Assembly: GCA_963777955.1 (NCBI GenBank)
Contig: CAVZSQ010000019.1
Coordinates: forward strand, 96,001-160,000
Direction: 5' to 3'
DNA from: Calditrichia bacterium
GTDB lineage: Bacteria > Calditrichota > Calditrichia > JAJRVZ01
DNA: 64,000 nt
Part shown: in pieces, positions 11,696 to 21,518 of the stretch
Layout: every line of letters starts with the position of its first letter
Position numbering within the stretch: position 1 is the first letter of the stretch
Translations under genes and position numbers: made by a program
Notes under the pieces: generated by a model
Told to the model about the DNA's origin: nothing
Seen by the model: only the letters and a program-made list of their open reading frames with translations
The model's database searches: none

Positions 11696-13382
11696 AGAAC
11701 ACCTCGACAACTTGAATTTTATCGGTAAATCCTTTAAAAGACATACTCTGCATATTGCAGATCTTATATTCTTTGTTTACCGTCTGCAATACCTGCTGTG
11801 GAATTAAAATTTGCCCGGGCCCTGCCGAGGCGCATAGACGCGCCCCCAGATTGACCGCTGATCCGATGACGGTATAATCCATTCTCTCTTTGGCGCCCAT
11901 GTTACCCAGAATCATGGATCCATAATTAATACCAATGCCGATTTGAATGGATTCGGTACTCTTTTCTTTATCCCGGAGCATTAGTCTTTGAATGGCCACG
12001 GCGCATTCCAATGCATTTTCCACAGAATTATTTCCGCCAAATAAAGCGACCATTTCATCACCGACAAATTTATCGACCGATCCTCCGTAAAGCGCAACTG
12101 TCTCTGCCTGCAAACCAAGGTAAGTATTCAACATTGATATGACTTCCTCCGGTGAACGATTTTCACTGTAGGAAGTGAATCCACGGATATCGGAGAATAA
12201 AACTGTAAGATTTCTTCTATCCCCGCCCAGAGCCACCTCGGAATTTGAAACATTTTTTATCATATCGATTGTATGGGAGCCGACATAGCGCATCAGGTGC
12301 AGGCGTTCACGCAAACCTACGATCATTTCATTGAAGGTCTGGGTCAATAATCCGATCTCATCCCTGGTACTTGCTTTTAAATTTACCTGCAGATCTCCCT
12401 GTTTGATCTTATTCATAGATTCCACCAGTTTCAGAATGGGACGGGAGAATGTTCTCCCTAACAGCAAAGCCAATATGATAGTCACCAATACTCCCACTCC
12501 CGCGGTACGCAGGATATTTGTCCGCACGGTATCCAGAATACGCAATTCGACGGCCTTGGGCACGGTTGCCAGATAAAATGCGGGCTCCCCTTTACCCAGC
12601 GGACTGATGAAAGCGTATGTATCCTGGCCGTTAAATTCCATGGTAAAGGCTGGACTCGACTCCTGACTATTCACCACGGCATCAACCAGCGGTTGTTTCT
12701 CCCTGACGAAATCCTGAAAAACCAGCCGCTGTGAAATATCCAGGGTATCGGTCAGCGTGGTGCCGATAATCCAGTCCTTATAAAACAAAGTTATATCAAC
12801 CTTCGACTCCCCTTTCAATTGCTCAGCTTCGTATTTAGTGATCATGGTTCCGAGCGAGATTGTACCGATCAGACGATCACTATAGTAGAGCGGAATCGTG
12901 GCCACCTGGAACAGATTACCATCCATTGCCCATAGTTCACCCCAGGTTGTCTCAACATCCGGTTCAATTCCACTCAAGGCCCGGGCGATGCTAGGGCGAA
13001 AAGACAGATCCTCTCCAGATTTATCCGGTTCACCAAACCGGGCCAGAACATGACCTTTCTTATCGGTAACGATAAATAGATCTACATTGGCAAAACCGGA
13101 AAATTCCTGGACACTGAAATACACAGTACCGGGATCCTGTAATTCGACATTAGCTTTGAAAGTCGAATTTTCACCGATCAGATAACTTGATTCTACCAAA
13201 CGATCATAGATAAGACTCTGCTGCCGGGAGAAAAAGGTCTTGGTTTTATTAAAATCTTCAATGACCTTTTGTTCTATTTGTATGGAAAAAGTCCTGTTAA
13301 TGACCAGTAAAACCCCTAAAACTATTACGGCCGTCAATCCGGCCAACAGGATGAATAATTTGGTTCGAATATTGATTCGCAT
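11685..13382 (-). CDS. Membrane class III adenylate cyclase with periplasmic Cache-like sensor and HAMP domain
   Basis: Two TM helices, HAMP (DEIGLLTQTFNEM), FSDIRGFT, DKFVGDEM and YTVIGSAVNLGARL catalytic motifs. Confidence 0.92.
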   Translation of the reverse strand: MRINIRTKLFILLAGLTAVIVLGVLLVINRTFSIQIEQKVIEDFNKTKTFFSRQQSLIYDRLVESSYLIGENSTFKANVELQDPGTVYFSVQEFSGFANVDLFIVTDKKGHVLARFGEPDKSGEDLSFRPSIARALSGIEPDVETTWGELWAMDGNLFQVATIPLYYSDRLIGTISLGTMITKYEAEQLKGESKVDITLFYKDWIIGTTLTDTLDISQRLVFQDFVREKQPLVDAVVNSQESSPAFTMEFNGQDTYAFISPLGKGEPAFYLATVPKAVELRILDTVRTNILRTAGVGVLVTIILALLLGRTFSRPILKLVESMNKIKQGDLQVNLKASTRDEIGLLTQTFNEMIVGLRERLHLMRYVGSHTIDMIKNVSNSEVALGGDRRNLTVLFSDIRGFTSYSENRSPEEVISMLNTYLGLQAETVALYGGSVDKFVGDEMVALFGGNNSVENALECAVAIQRLMLRDKEKSTESIQIGIGINYGSMILGNMGAKERMDYTVIGSAVNLGARLCASAGPGQILIPQQVLQTVNKEYKICNMQSMSFKGFTDKIQVVEVFCEN

Positions 13383-13385
13383 ATT

Positions 13386-14087
13386 TTACCTGCTCAGTAT
13401 AAAATCTTTCAGTGTGGTTTCTCCCGTCTTAATAATTACCACCTCGCTAATTTCCTGAAAATCGGGGTGGTAAACTCTGATGGTGTAAGTGCCGGCCGGT
13501 AAATTTCCCAGTTTGTACTCACCATTCGGTTCAACCCGGGTAAAATAGGGTGTATCCAGCGATAGAATTACAGCATTCATCTGCGCATGGATATCGCAGA
13601 ATATTTTAATTTCACCCAGTTTGGTTACCTTCTGACTTACCACGACATTAGTCGCCCGGCGTCCAATGTTGAAAGTCGCCCCCCGGGTGATACTGAAGAC
13701 ATTATGAAAAAATTTATCCTTGTTGATAAATTGAATCACCGTTCCGGGGGTCACCGGCACGACTCGGGGAATAAAAGATGCATCTTTTTGCAGGATTTTA
13801 ACATCCGCTAACGGTTCTAGCGCCGGTTTGAAATTCCGGGGATAGGCACTTATAATGACATCAATAAAATCTGATTTCAGAATTTCGCTGCTGCCGGTAA
13901 TTGTTTTAGTGCTGATCCTACGGTTACGGTACAGGTTTCCCCTGAACATGCGGATTTCTTTCTGCACTGCCGGCATACTAATCGTTCCGGATATTTCACC
14001 ATTCTGCGCTGCAGCCTTACCACCGATTATTAATAAACATATAAAAATGAAGTGTAAAATTGAATTCTTCTGCTTTTTATTTACCAT
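13386..14087 (-). CDS. Secreted cupredoxin-like protein with carboxypeptidase-regulatory-like C-terminal domain
   Basis: Signal peptide AAA|Q; HNVFS...CDIHAQM type-1 copper ligand pattern; YKLGNLPAGTYTIRVYHP beta-sandwich tail. Confidence 0.8.
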   Translation of the reverse strand: MVNKKQKNSILHFIFICLLIIGGKAAAQNGEISGTISMPAVQKEIRMFRGNLYRNRRISTKTITGSSEILKSDFIDVIISAYPRNFKPALEPLADVKILQKDASFIPRVVPVTPGTVIQFINKDKFFHNVFSITRGATFNIGRRATNVVVSQKVTKLGEIKIFCDIHAQMNAVILSLDTPYFTRVEPNGEYKLGNLPAGTYTIRVYHPDFQEISEVVIIKTGETTLKDFILSR

Positions 14088-14477
14088 ATTTTCCAGATCC
14101 TTTATTATCCAATTTTTCAGCAAGAATTCCACTGCTTCCAGGTGCATAACTTTCAAATTTCTCAAATTCCCAGATTTTACGATTCTCTCTTATCAGGATG
14201 GAAATAAATTAGTTCCTACATCACCACTATAAAGACAAAACTGTCTTAATATATTTCCGGTTGGGCAAATAATTTTTAAATTTAAACATACAGCTCATGA
14301 CCAGTCCGGAACGATGAGCAGAGAAAAAAAAATGAATTTCGCCTTGAAAATGAATCATATATTTATCATATTTTAGATAAGAAAAGCATTTTCTTCCCAA
14401 CCTTTACGAGACGTAGAATATCTTTAATGTGTACAATTGCCTGAAAGAGAGTGTTACTTAACATTTAAAGGGGAGGT

Positions 14478-16640
14478 ATGCTAATGCTTTATCATGACAT
14501 CAAATTGGATGATTTCGAATTTTTTTATCTGGTCGAATTGACCCGGCAGAAAATAAAACCGTTAAGCCGCTGGGAAAAACCACTGGCTAAAGAAACACAA
14601 CGCTGGCTGCAGCGTCAGGGCCTTTACGTGGCAAGCATTCCCCGTAAGACCTTATCCGGAAAGCGGATCGTCGAAACCGTATTCAGTACTTCTCAACGCT
14701 ATACCGATTTCTATCAGCACAAATTTCACAATGAACTCATCAATAAAAATCCGCAATTTCAATCCCTGGAAGGATTTTTATTCGGTTATCCATCCTGTTG
14801 TGTACAACAGTATATCCGCCGGCCTTACCTGTCGAATAACTTGAGCCATAAACGGCAAGCGGTACTGTTTCACTGGGCCTGTCCGGATTGCCGGGTGACA
14901 CCTGAATTGATTCCCTATTATCAGCCGATTCATGACCGCATCAGCGAATGGCATCGGCACACCTTCCCGCTGAAAAAACCTGATTTTATCCACCATAGAA
15001 TATTTCAAAAGGCGGCTGCCACGTTATTACTAACAACCGGCTTATTATCGGCTCAAACCGGCATTGACAGCACCCATTATATTCCGCTGGCCGGGCCGGA
15101 GGACCACAATGGACTTTATTACGCCGAGGAAGTCTATCTGGGTACTGATCTGCAGAGTTACAGTCTCGATAAATGCCAGGCCTATGCCAGATTTTTTAAA
15201 TCAATCATCGATACATTACTTTCCATTTCATTGCCGGCAGATACACTGCCCACTGATCGAACCTATAAAATAGATCACTATCTCAGAGGACTGGTTCAAT
15301 GTCCAAAATGTGGCCAGGATGTAAATATGGGTTATGTTTCCCTGATAAATCCTTTGCGCAACCTGCAACTGGATATTCCTTACCTGGGCATGCACTTCAT
15401 GGAATATGGATTCTTTACTTATGACACGATCGATGCTGCCCAGCGCGTGGATATCGATACATTGAAGAAAATATTGTACCCCTATGATCCCAAACACATG
15501 CTGCCGTTTAAAGGTGACAGCGACGGCGACGGATTAAGCGATGCCGAGGAGGACAGTCTGTGGCTGGATGGAAGCGTCGCCGCCGGCATTGCGGATATGG
15601 ACGGCGATGGTGTAATCGATGGTGCGCAAATTGCAGAAGAACTTACCCGCTTATTTCCAAAATTAAAACAGGAAACTGATCTTCTCCACAGTCATATTGA
15701 ATTTATGCCGGTGTGGGGATTGGAAAATTGCCAGGTCTGCGGTGAGATTCATAACATGGGACATATCAAAATAAGCAATCCCGAGAATAACCGGAGTTGC
15801 GAAATACCTTTTTTAAGCCTGCATGCCCTGGCTCACGGCAGTTTTGCCTATAACGGAACCGTACACCAGGATCAGCGCAGCGATGCCGTTGAACTGTACC
15901 GGGTGATGAAAACCCATGCCGTGATCATCAGCGCAGACAAGGACAACGATGGCTTGAAGGATGTTGAAGAAGAGTATTTTGGTTTTGATGCCGGCCAGGC
16001 CGATTCAGATCAGGACGGCATAGCCGACGGCATGGAATTGGCATTGGTGCTGGCCGACAGCATTAAAGCGCTGCCCAGCGAACCCCGCACCACAGCACCA
16101 TATATAGAGTATGTGGACATGGACGGGTTACAACTTTGTTCGGTATGCGGGGAGAGGATCCCCATGGGAGTAATGAGAATATTCAATCCCCTGATCAATA
16201 CGATTGAACCTTTCGAAATCAGCTATTATGCTTTTCATTTTATCTTGAAAGGAAGTTTTGCCTGTGAAGGGGCTTCAAACAAAAGGACCGATCCGGTAAA
16301 ATTAGCCCAGTACCTGGATTATCCCACCGGTATGGATTCCGATAAAACTCAAACCGTACCGGGTAATTTTGAGTTGCAGCAGAATTATCCCAATCCTTTC
16401 AATCCCGAAACAGTCATTGCTTATAATTTGACCAGCCAGACCGACGTAACGCTGAGAGTCTATGATCTCCGCGGGAAAGAAGTAAAAACGCTGGTCAAGG
16501 GAATACAGGGACCTGGAGTTAATTCGGTGATTTGGAACGGCACTGATAACTATAATCAGTCCGTTAGTTCGGGAATCTATATTTATCAATTATCAGCAGG
16601 CCATCAACAGCAAAGCCGGAAAATGTTGTTTTTAAGATGA
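14478..16640 (+). CDS. Secreted protein with N-terminal GYPxCC (DUF483-like) domain, three CxxC-containing repeats and T9SS/FlgD-like C-terminal domain
   Basis: GGGAGG RBS; GYPSCC and HWACPDC; CPKC, CQVC and CSVC repeats; DxDxDG motifs; QNYPNPFNPET..KMLFLR. Confidence 0.75.
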   Translation: MLMLYHDIKLDDFEFFYLVELTRQKIKPLSRWEKPLAKETQRWLQRQGLYVASIPRKTLSGKRIVETVFSTSQRYTDFYQHKFHNELINKNPQFQSLEGFLFGYPSCCVQQYIRRPYLSNNLSHKRQAVLFHWACPDCRVTPELIPYYQPIHDRISEWHRHTFPLKKPDFIHHRIFQKAAATLLLTTGLLSAQTGIDSTHYIPLAGPEDHNGLYYAEEVYLGTDLQSYSLDKCQAYARFFKSIIDTLLSISLPADTLPTDRTYKIDHYLRGLVQCPKCGQDVNMGYVSLINPLRNLQLDIPYLGMHFMEYGFFTYDTIDAAQRVDIDTLKKILYPYDPKHMLPFKGDSDGDGLSDAEEDSLWLDGSVAAGIADMDGDGVIDGAQIAEELTRLFPKLKQETDLLHSHIEFMPVWGLENCQVCGEIHNMGHIKISNPENNRSCEIPFLSLHALAHGSFAYNGTVHQDQRSDAVELYRVMKTHAVIISADKDNDGLKDVEEEYFGFDAGQADSDQDGIADGMELALVLADSIKALPSEPRTTAPYIEYVDMDGLQLCSVCGERIPMGVMRIFNPLINTIEPFEISYYAFHFILKGSFACEGASNKRTDPVKLAQYLDYPTGMDSDKTQTVPGNFELQQNYPNPFNPETVIAYNLTSQTDVTLRVYDLRGKEVKTLVKGIQGPGVNSVIWNGTDNYNQSVSSGIYIYQLSAGHQQQSRKMLFLR

Positions 16641-16645
16641 CAGCT

Positions 16646-17800
16646 CTATAGTTTTGAGACCCCGCGGACAATATCACAAACATAAGTATCGATTCGTTTT
16701 GACGTCTTACGGTTATACTGTTCCTGAATTTTTTTAATAAAAGAGTCTACTCTCTTATTTTGTACCAGGTTGATGGTACAACCGCCGAATCCGGCACCCA
16801 TCATGCGTGCCCCCATTACGCCCGGCAGTCTGGAGGCCAGTTCGACCAGTACATCCAGTTCAGGACAACTTACTTCGTAGTCATCCCGCAAACCGGCATG
16901 GGATTCAAACATACGCTGTCCGAAACTTTTAATATCTCCCGTTTCCAGATCAGCGCAACCCTGCAGTACTCTGAAATTTTCACCGATGACATAGGCACAG
17001 CGTTTATAAACAATCCCGGGCAAACCACGGTTATTTTCATCCAGAAAATTCATACTGACATCACGAAGATTTTGAATGCTGCTATCTATCTTGCGTAGAT
17101 GGCGAACTCCCTGTTCGCATTGCCTGCGGCGCAGATTATACTGGGAAGAAGCCAAAGCCCGGTGCACATGGGTGTCGCAGAGGACCACTTTAGTCTGATC
17201 GGCCGGGAAAGGAAATTCCACATAAGAGAGATAACGGCAATCGATGCGGAAAACTTTGGCTGCTTTGCCAAGTACATTGATGAATTGATCCATAATACCG
17301 CATTTGACACCTACGAACTCATGTTCGGTAGCCTGGCCAATCCGCACAAGTTCAACTTTTTCCACGTCAAGTTCATACAATTCATTCAGGGCAAATCCGA
17401 TTGCTCCCTCCAGGGCAGCCGAAGACGACAGGCCGGAACCGATCGGTATATTCCCGCCGAAAACACAATCAAAACCGGAAATCTTTTTTCCCCGCTTGAT
17501 CAGTTGTGCGGCAACTCCCAGCAAATAATTCGGCCAGCCTTTGGACGAGCGGCGCAGGTTGCGCAAATCACCTTTAAAACTTTGCCGCAGATCATAGGCA
17601 TAGATCCGGCATAAACTATCCCGGCGTCTGGCAATAGCCATTACGATCTCGCGATTGATCGCTCCCGGCAGTACAAACCCGTCATTGTAATCTGTATGTT
17701 CCCCGATAAGATTAATCCGCCCCGGAGAGCGGACCAATAAAGGAGCGGCTGCAAACTGATTTTTAAATTCGTTCCTGATCTGAGCGGCAAAAGGATGCAT
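16646..17800 (-). CDS. galK: Galactokinase
   Basis: PGRINLIGEHTDYN, PIGSGLSSSAA and GARMMGAGFGGC motifs. Confidence 0.96.
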   Translation of the reverse strand: MHPFAAQIRNEFKNQFAAAPLLVRSPGRINLIGEHTDYNDGFVLPGAINREIVMAIARRRDSLCRIYAYDLRQSFKGDLRNLRRSSKGWPNYLLGVAAQLIKRGKKISGFDCVFGGNIPIGSGLSSSAALEGAIGFALNELYELDVEKVELVRIGQATEHEFVGVKCGIMDQFINVLGKAAKVFRIDCRYLSYVEFPFPADQTKVVLCDTHVHRALASSQYNLRRRQCEQGVRHLRKIDSSIQNLRDVSMNFLDENNRGLPGIVYKRCAYVIGENFRVLQGCADLETGDIKSFGQRMFESHAGLRDDYEVSCPELDVLVELASRLPGVMGARMMGAGFGGCTINLVQNKRVDSFIKKIQEQYNRKTSKRIDTYVCDIVRGVSKL

Positions 17801-17814
17801 GGACGGTCCTATTT

Positions 17815-18036
17815 TCAGGAGATTGTTCGTTTCCTACTGCTGAGAAAAAAGATTACACCTACCACCAGCATGATCAAGCCCCACCACAGGGATGTATGCA
17901 GCTCGGCTAATACCGTGATACGGGCGGGAGGAGAGATCATATCCACAACACCGGCGATCAGCACCAATCCACCCATGGTGATTAAAACGAGTCCCACAAA
18001 ATACCAGATCGATTTCATCTCTTTTTGACCGGACAT
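17815..18036 (-). CDS. Small two-TM membrane protein accompanying the SSS transporter
   Basis: 73 aa with two hydrophobic helices, GGGAGG RBS, directly downstream of the symporter. Confidence 0.7.
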   Translation of the reverse strand: MSGQKEMKSIWYFVGLVLITMGGLVLIAGVVDMISPPARITVLAELHTSLWWGLIMLVVGVIFFLSSRKRTIS

Positions 18037-18051
18037 GGCACACCTCCCTTT

Positions 18052-19716
18052 CTACCAGAAATATATATTTAATAAAATAAAAATAATCAGTGAGACAACC
18101 GCATAAAATCCGGGCTTCTTGATAAATGAAAGCGTTCGCTCTTCCGACAGTTTATCGGTTAAATCGATTACCAGATCTTTTAATTCAGCGTCTGGTTTGC
18201 GTTTGGTGTGCAAACTGATCATGATGGTCGCGGCGAAGCAAATCAGCCAGGCCCACCAGGCCCGCCAGAAGTTTGCTGCCATATCGCTGCTGGTGGTTGA
18301 CAGGGTGATCAGATTCATAGTGATCCATTCATACTTCACGGCAAAAAACAGGACCACTGAAGAGCCCATACCGGCCAGCAATCCCCAGAAGGCACCGGCG
18401 GGTGTAATCCAGCGTACAAACATACCCAGGATCATGGTAGCGAACAACGGTGCATTCACCCAGGAAAAAATGGCCTGCATATAATCCATAATACTGGGAA
18501 AACTTTTAGCCCAATAAGCAGTGACGATACTTAATAAAACCCCTACTATCGTTGCTACACGACCCATCCAGACCAAATGTTCATCGGTAGCGTTTTTATT
18601 CAAAACAGATTTATAAATATCATAGGTCCATACCGTATTAAAGGCACTGATGTTACCGGCCTGACCGGCCATAAATCCGGCCAGTAATGCGGTGACACCC
18701 AGTCCGATCAGCCCGCTGGGATAATAACGTGCGATTAACAGGGGTAAGGCTGAATCGTAGTTAATCCGCCCTTCTTCCTGCAGCAAGGCATAATTAGCCT
18801 GAGGATCCGTGGAAAGACCGAGGGCAATCAGACCACCAATGATCACGATAAAAGGCATGGCCATTTTGAAGAATGAGGCAATTATGGGGGTCATACGCGC
18901 TGCCCGCAGATCTTTAGCTGAGAAGGCCCGCTGGACCACCAGAAAATCGGTTGTCCAGTAACCGAAAGATAATACAAAACCCAGCCCCAAAGCGATGCCG
19001 GCCCAGGTAATAAGCATGCCGTTTTCGGAAGGATCTATCGAGGTAGACCACAGTGCTGAAAACGATTCGGGAACCCGGCTGAATATTTCATTCAGACTCC
19101 CGATCTCGATAATACCGAAAATGGAAACCAGGAATAAACCAAACCAGATCAGAAAGAACTGGATGATTTCGGTAAATATAGCCGACATCAATCCGCTCAA
19201 AGTGACATAGATGGCCACGGTCGCTGCCGAAGCCAACATGCAGACATTCCAATCCCAGCCTAAAAATGTACGCATCACCAGGGCCATGGCATACAGGTTT
19301 ATGCCGGATACCAGCAAGGTCATGATCGCAAAAGCAAAAGCATTGAGTACCCGTGTTTTCTCGTCGAAGCGCAATTTAAGATATCCGGGAATGGATTTGA
19401 TTTTGCTGCTGTAGTAAAACGGCATCATATAGATGGCCAGGAACAACATGGCCGGAACGGCTCCGATCCAGTAAAAATGGGCCACGTACATGCCATACTT
19501 GAAAGTATTGCCGGTCATACCCAGTAATTCCAGGGCACCCAGGTTGGCTGAAAGAAAAGCCAGACCGGCCACCCAGGAACTGTTCTTTCTTCCGGCCAGG
19601 AAAAAATCATCACCGCTGGTGGTAAAACGTCTTAAATAAAAACCAATACCCAATACAAAGGCAAAGTACACTGCAATGATAATCCAGTCGATAAATCCCA
19701 AACTAATCATCTGCAT
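18052..19716 (-). CDS. Sodium:solute symporter (probable sugar transporter)
   Basis: DDFFLAGRK, YWTTDFLVVQRAFSAK and many TM helices; located between xylB and galK. Confidence 0.92.
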   Translation of the reverse strand: MQMISLGFIDWIIIAVYFAFVLGIGFYLRRFTTSGDDFFLAGRKNSSWVAGLAFLSANLGALELLGMTGNTFKYGMYVAHFYWIGAVPAMLFLAIYMMPFYYSSKIKSIPGYLKLRFDEKTRVLNAFAFAIMTLLVSGINLYAMALVMRTFLGWDWNVCMLASAATVAIYVTLSGLMSAIFTEIIQFFLIWFGLFLVSIFGIIEIGSLNEIFSRVPESFSALWSTSIDPSENGMLITWAGIALGLGFVLSFGYWTTDFLVVQRAFSAKDLRAARMTPIIASFFKMAMPFIVIIGGLIALGLSTDPQANYALLQEEGRINYDSALPLLIARYYPSGLIGLGVTALLAGFMAGQAGNISAFNTVWTYDIYKSVLNKNATDEHLVWMGRVATIVGVLLSIVTAYWAKSFPSIMDYMQAIFSWVNAPLFATMILGMFVRWITPAGAFWGLLAGMGSSVVLFFAVKYEWITMNLITLSTTSSDMAANFWRAWWAWLICFAATIMISLHTKRKPDAELKDLVIDLTDKLSEERTLSFIKKPGFYAVVSLIIFILLNIYFW

Positions 19717-19854
19717 AAAGACCTTCTCCTCCCCTGGTATGCGTATCAGCACCAGAACATTATAATTTATGATATTTATTTACCTGAACCTATCCCTACC
19801 TGCCTGTTTAAATTCCAGCTGCTGTGCTTAATACTTCCGCTAGATCATTTTTTG

Positions 19855-21396
19855 TCAGAATGGGTGCTTTCCGATGAAGCGCGCAGTTTGGGAATAGGTT
19901 TCCTTTAAAATTCCATACATCTGCCGGTATAACGAATAAGCGTCGCGGTAAATCGCGACATTTTTCTTGACCGGTAGGGTACGGCTTTCAATCTGTATAG
20001 TACTGGAGCACGCTGCAGCAACGTTTTTATAACATCGTGTCCCCACAGCGGCTAACAGGGCAGCTCCAAAGGGAGCACCTTCGGTTACCGACAGGGTCAG
20101 CAATTCCCGGTTAAAAATATCGGCAATGATCTGCCGCCACAGTACGCTGCGGGCACCTCCGCCGATAGTGCGTATCTCTCTGACCGGTGTACCGAGATCC
20201 TTGATCAACTGCAGGCAGTCCATCAAACTGAAGGCCACACCTTCCAGTACCGCCCGGGCAAAATGATCTTTGCCATGCCGTACAGTTATGCCATAAAAAA
20301 TACCACGGGCATTCGGATCAGGGTAGGGAGTACGTTCGCCGGTTAAATATGGTAAAAATATCAACCCTTCGGCCCCGGCAGGAACACCTGCCGCGCCCTC
20401 GGTAATGATCTCATATACATCCCTGTTTTCCCGGGCAGCCTGTTCTTTCTCCACACCGGCAAATGTATCGCGGTACCAGCGAAAAGAACCACCGGCGGAA
20501 AGTGTTACGCCCATTAAATGCCAGTTCCCGGGCACCGCATGACAAAAAGCGTGCAATCGTCCCTGTGGTTCAATGGTTAAACGATTGGTATGGGCAAATA
20601 CTACTCCTGAAGTTCCCAGGCAGACCGAAATTACACCGGCCTGAACCGTCCCGCTGCCCACGGCTCCGGCAGCCTGGTCGCCTGCTCCGGCTACGACAGG
20701 TGTACCGGCAACCAGTCCGGTATCCGCAGCCGATGCCGGCGTCACCTGGCCGATAATTTCCGCCGATTCGGTTACTTCCGGCAACCACTCCAGCGGAATT
20801 CCCAGCGCTGTGGTGATCTTTTCGGACCAGCGGCGCTGACCAACATCCAGCAACGAGGTACCTGCAGCATCCGAGACATCACTATTCAGGACTCCGGTTA
20901 AACGGTACTTGATATAATCCTTGGGCAACAGAATATGTTTGATCTGCTTGAATATTTTTGGTTCATTATCATGCACCCATTGAATTTTGGGCGCAGTAAA
21001 ACCTGGCAATACCGGATTGCCGGTTATGGACATCAGTTTTTTAAAACCAATTTTCCTGGTAATCGCGGCACATTGAGCCGAGGTGCGCTGATCATTCCAC
21101 ATGATGCAGGGACGCAGCACATTGCCCTCTTTGTCCAGGATCACCAATCCATGCATCTGGCCGGTCAGACCAATCCCTTTTATATCACCGGCCGGTACAG
21201 CACTTTTCGAAACAACGGCACGAAAAGCTTCGCAGGAAGCCCGCCACCAGTCCTGGGGATTCTGTTCGGTCCACAGGGGTTTGGGGGTAAACATCGGATA
21301 TTCGGAAGTATGTGTGGACAGTATTTTTCCCTGTTCATTAATCAGGATTGCTTTACTGCCGGTTGTACCGACATCCAGACCGATAAAGTACTGCAT
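19855..21396 (-). CDS. xylB: Xylulokinase (FGGY family)
   Basis: GLDVGTTGSK, GLTGQMHG, WNDQR, GAGDQAAG, PYLTGERTP. Confidence 0.93.
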   Translation of the reverse strand: MQYFIGLDVGTTGSKAILINEQGKILSTHTSEYPMFTPKPLWTEQNPQDWWRASCEAFRAVVSKSAVPAGDIKGIGLTGQMHGLVILDKEGNVLRPCIMWNDQRTSAQCAAITRKIGFKKLMSITGNPVLPGFTAPKIQWVHDNEPKIFKQIKHILLPKDYIKYRLTGVLNSDVSDAAGTSLLDVGQRRWSEKITTALGIPLEWLPEVTESAEIIGQVTPASAADTGLVAGTPVVAGAGDQAAGAVGSGTVQAGVISVCLGTSGVVFAHTNRLTIEPQGRLHAFCHAVPGNWHLMGVTLSAGGSFRWYRDTFAGVEKEQAARENRDVYEIITEGAAGVPAGAEGLIFLPYLTGERTPYPDPNARGIFYGITVRHGKDHFARAVLEGVAFSLMDCLQLIKDLGTPVREIRTIGGGARSVLWRQIIADIFNRELLTLSVTEGAPFGAALLAAVGTRCYKNVAAACSSTIQIESRTLPVKKNVAIYRDAYSLYRQMYGILKETYSQTARFIGKHPF

Positions 21397-21518
21397 AATA
21401 GCTCCGTCACCTTTTGTTAGTACATATCTGAATAAACAGTATTTAGCTCAATAATTGTCCGGTGGGTAAAAATATAAAAGCCATCAATACGATGCAATCG
21501 ATTTGTAATGATTGGAAA

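Noticed and set aside
14260..14330. Possible c-di-GMP riboswitch (GGGCAAA plus hairpin)
   Set aside because: The GNRA tetraloop and second stem of the GEMM motif are missing.
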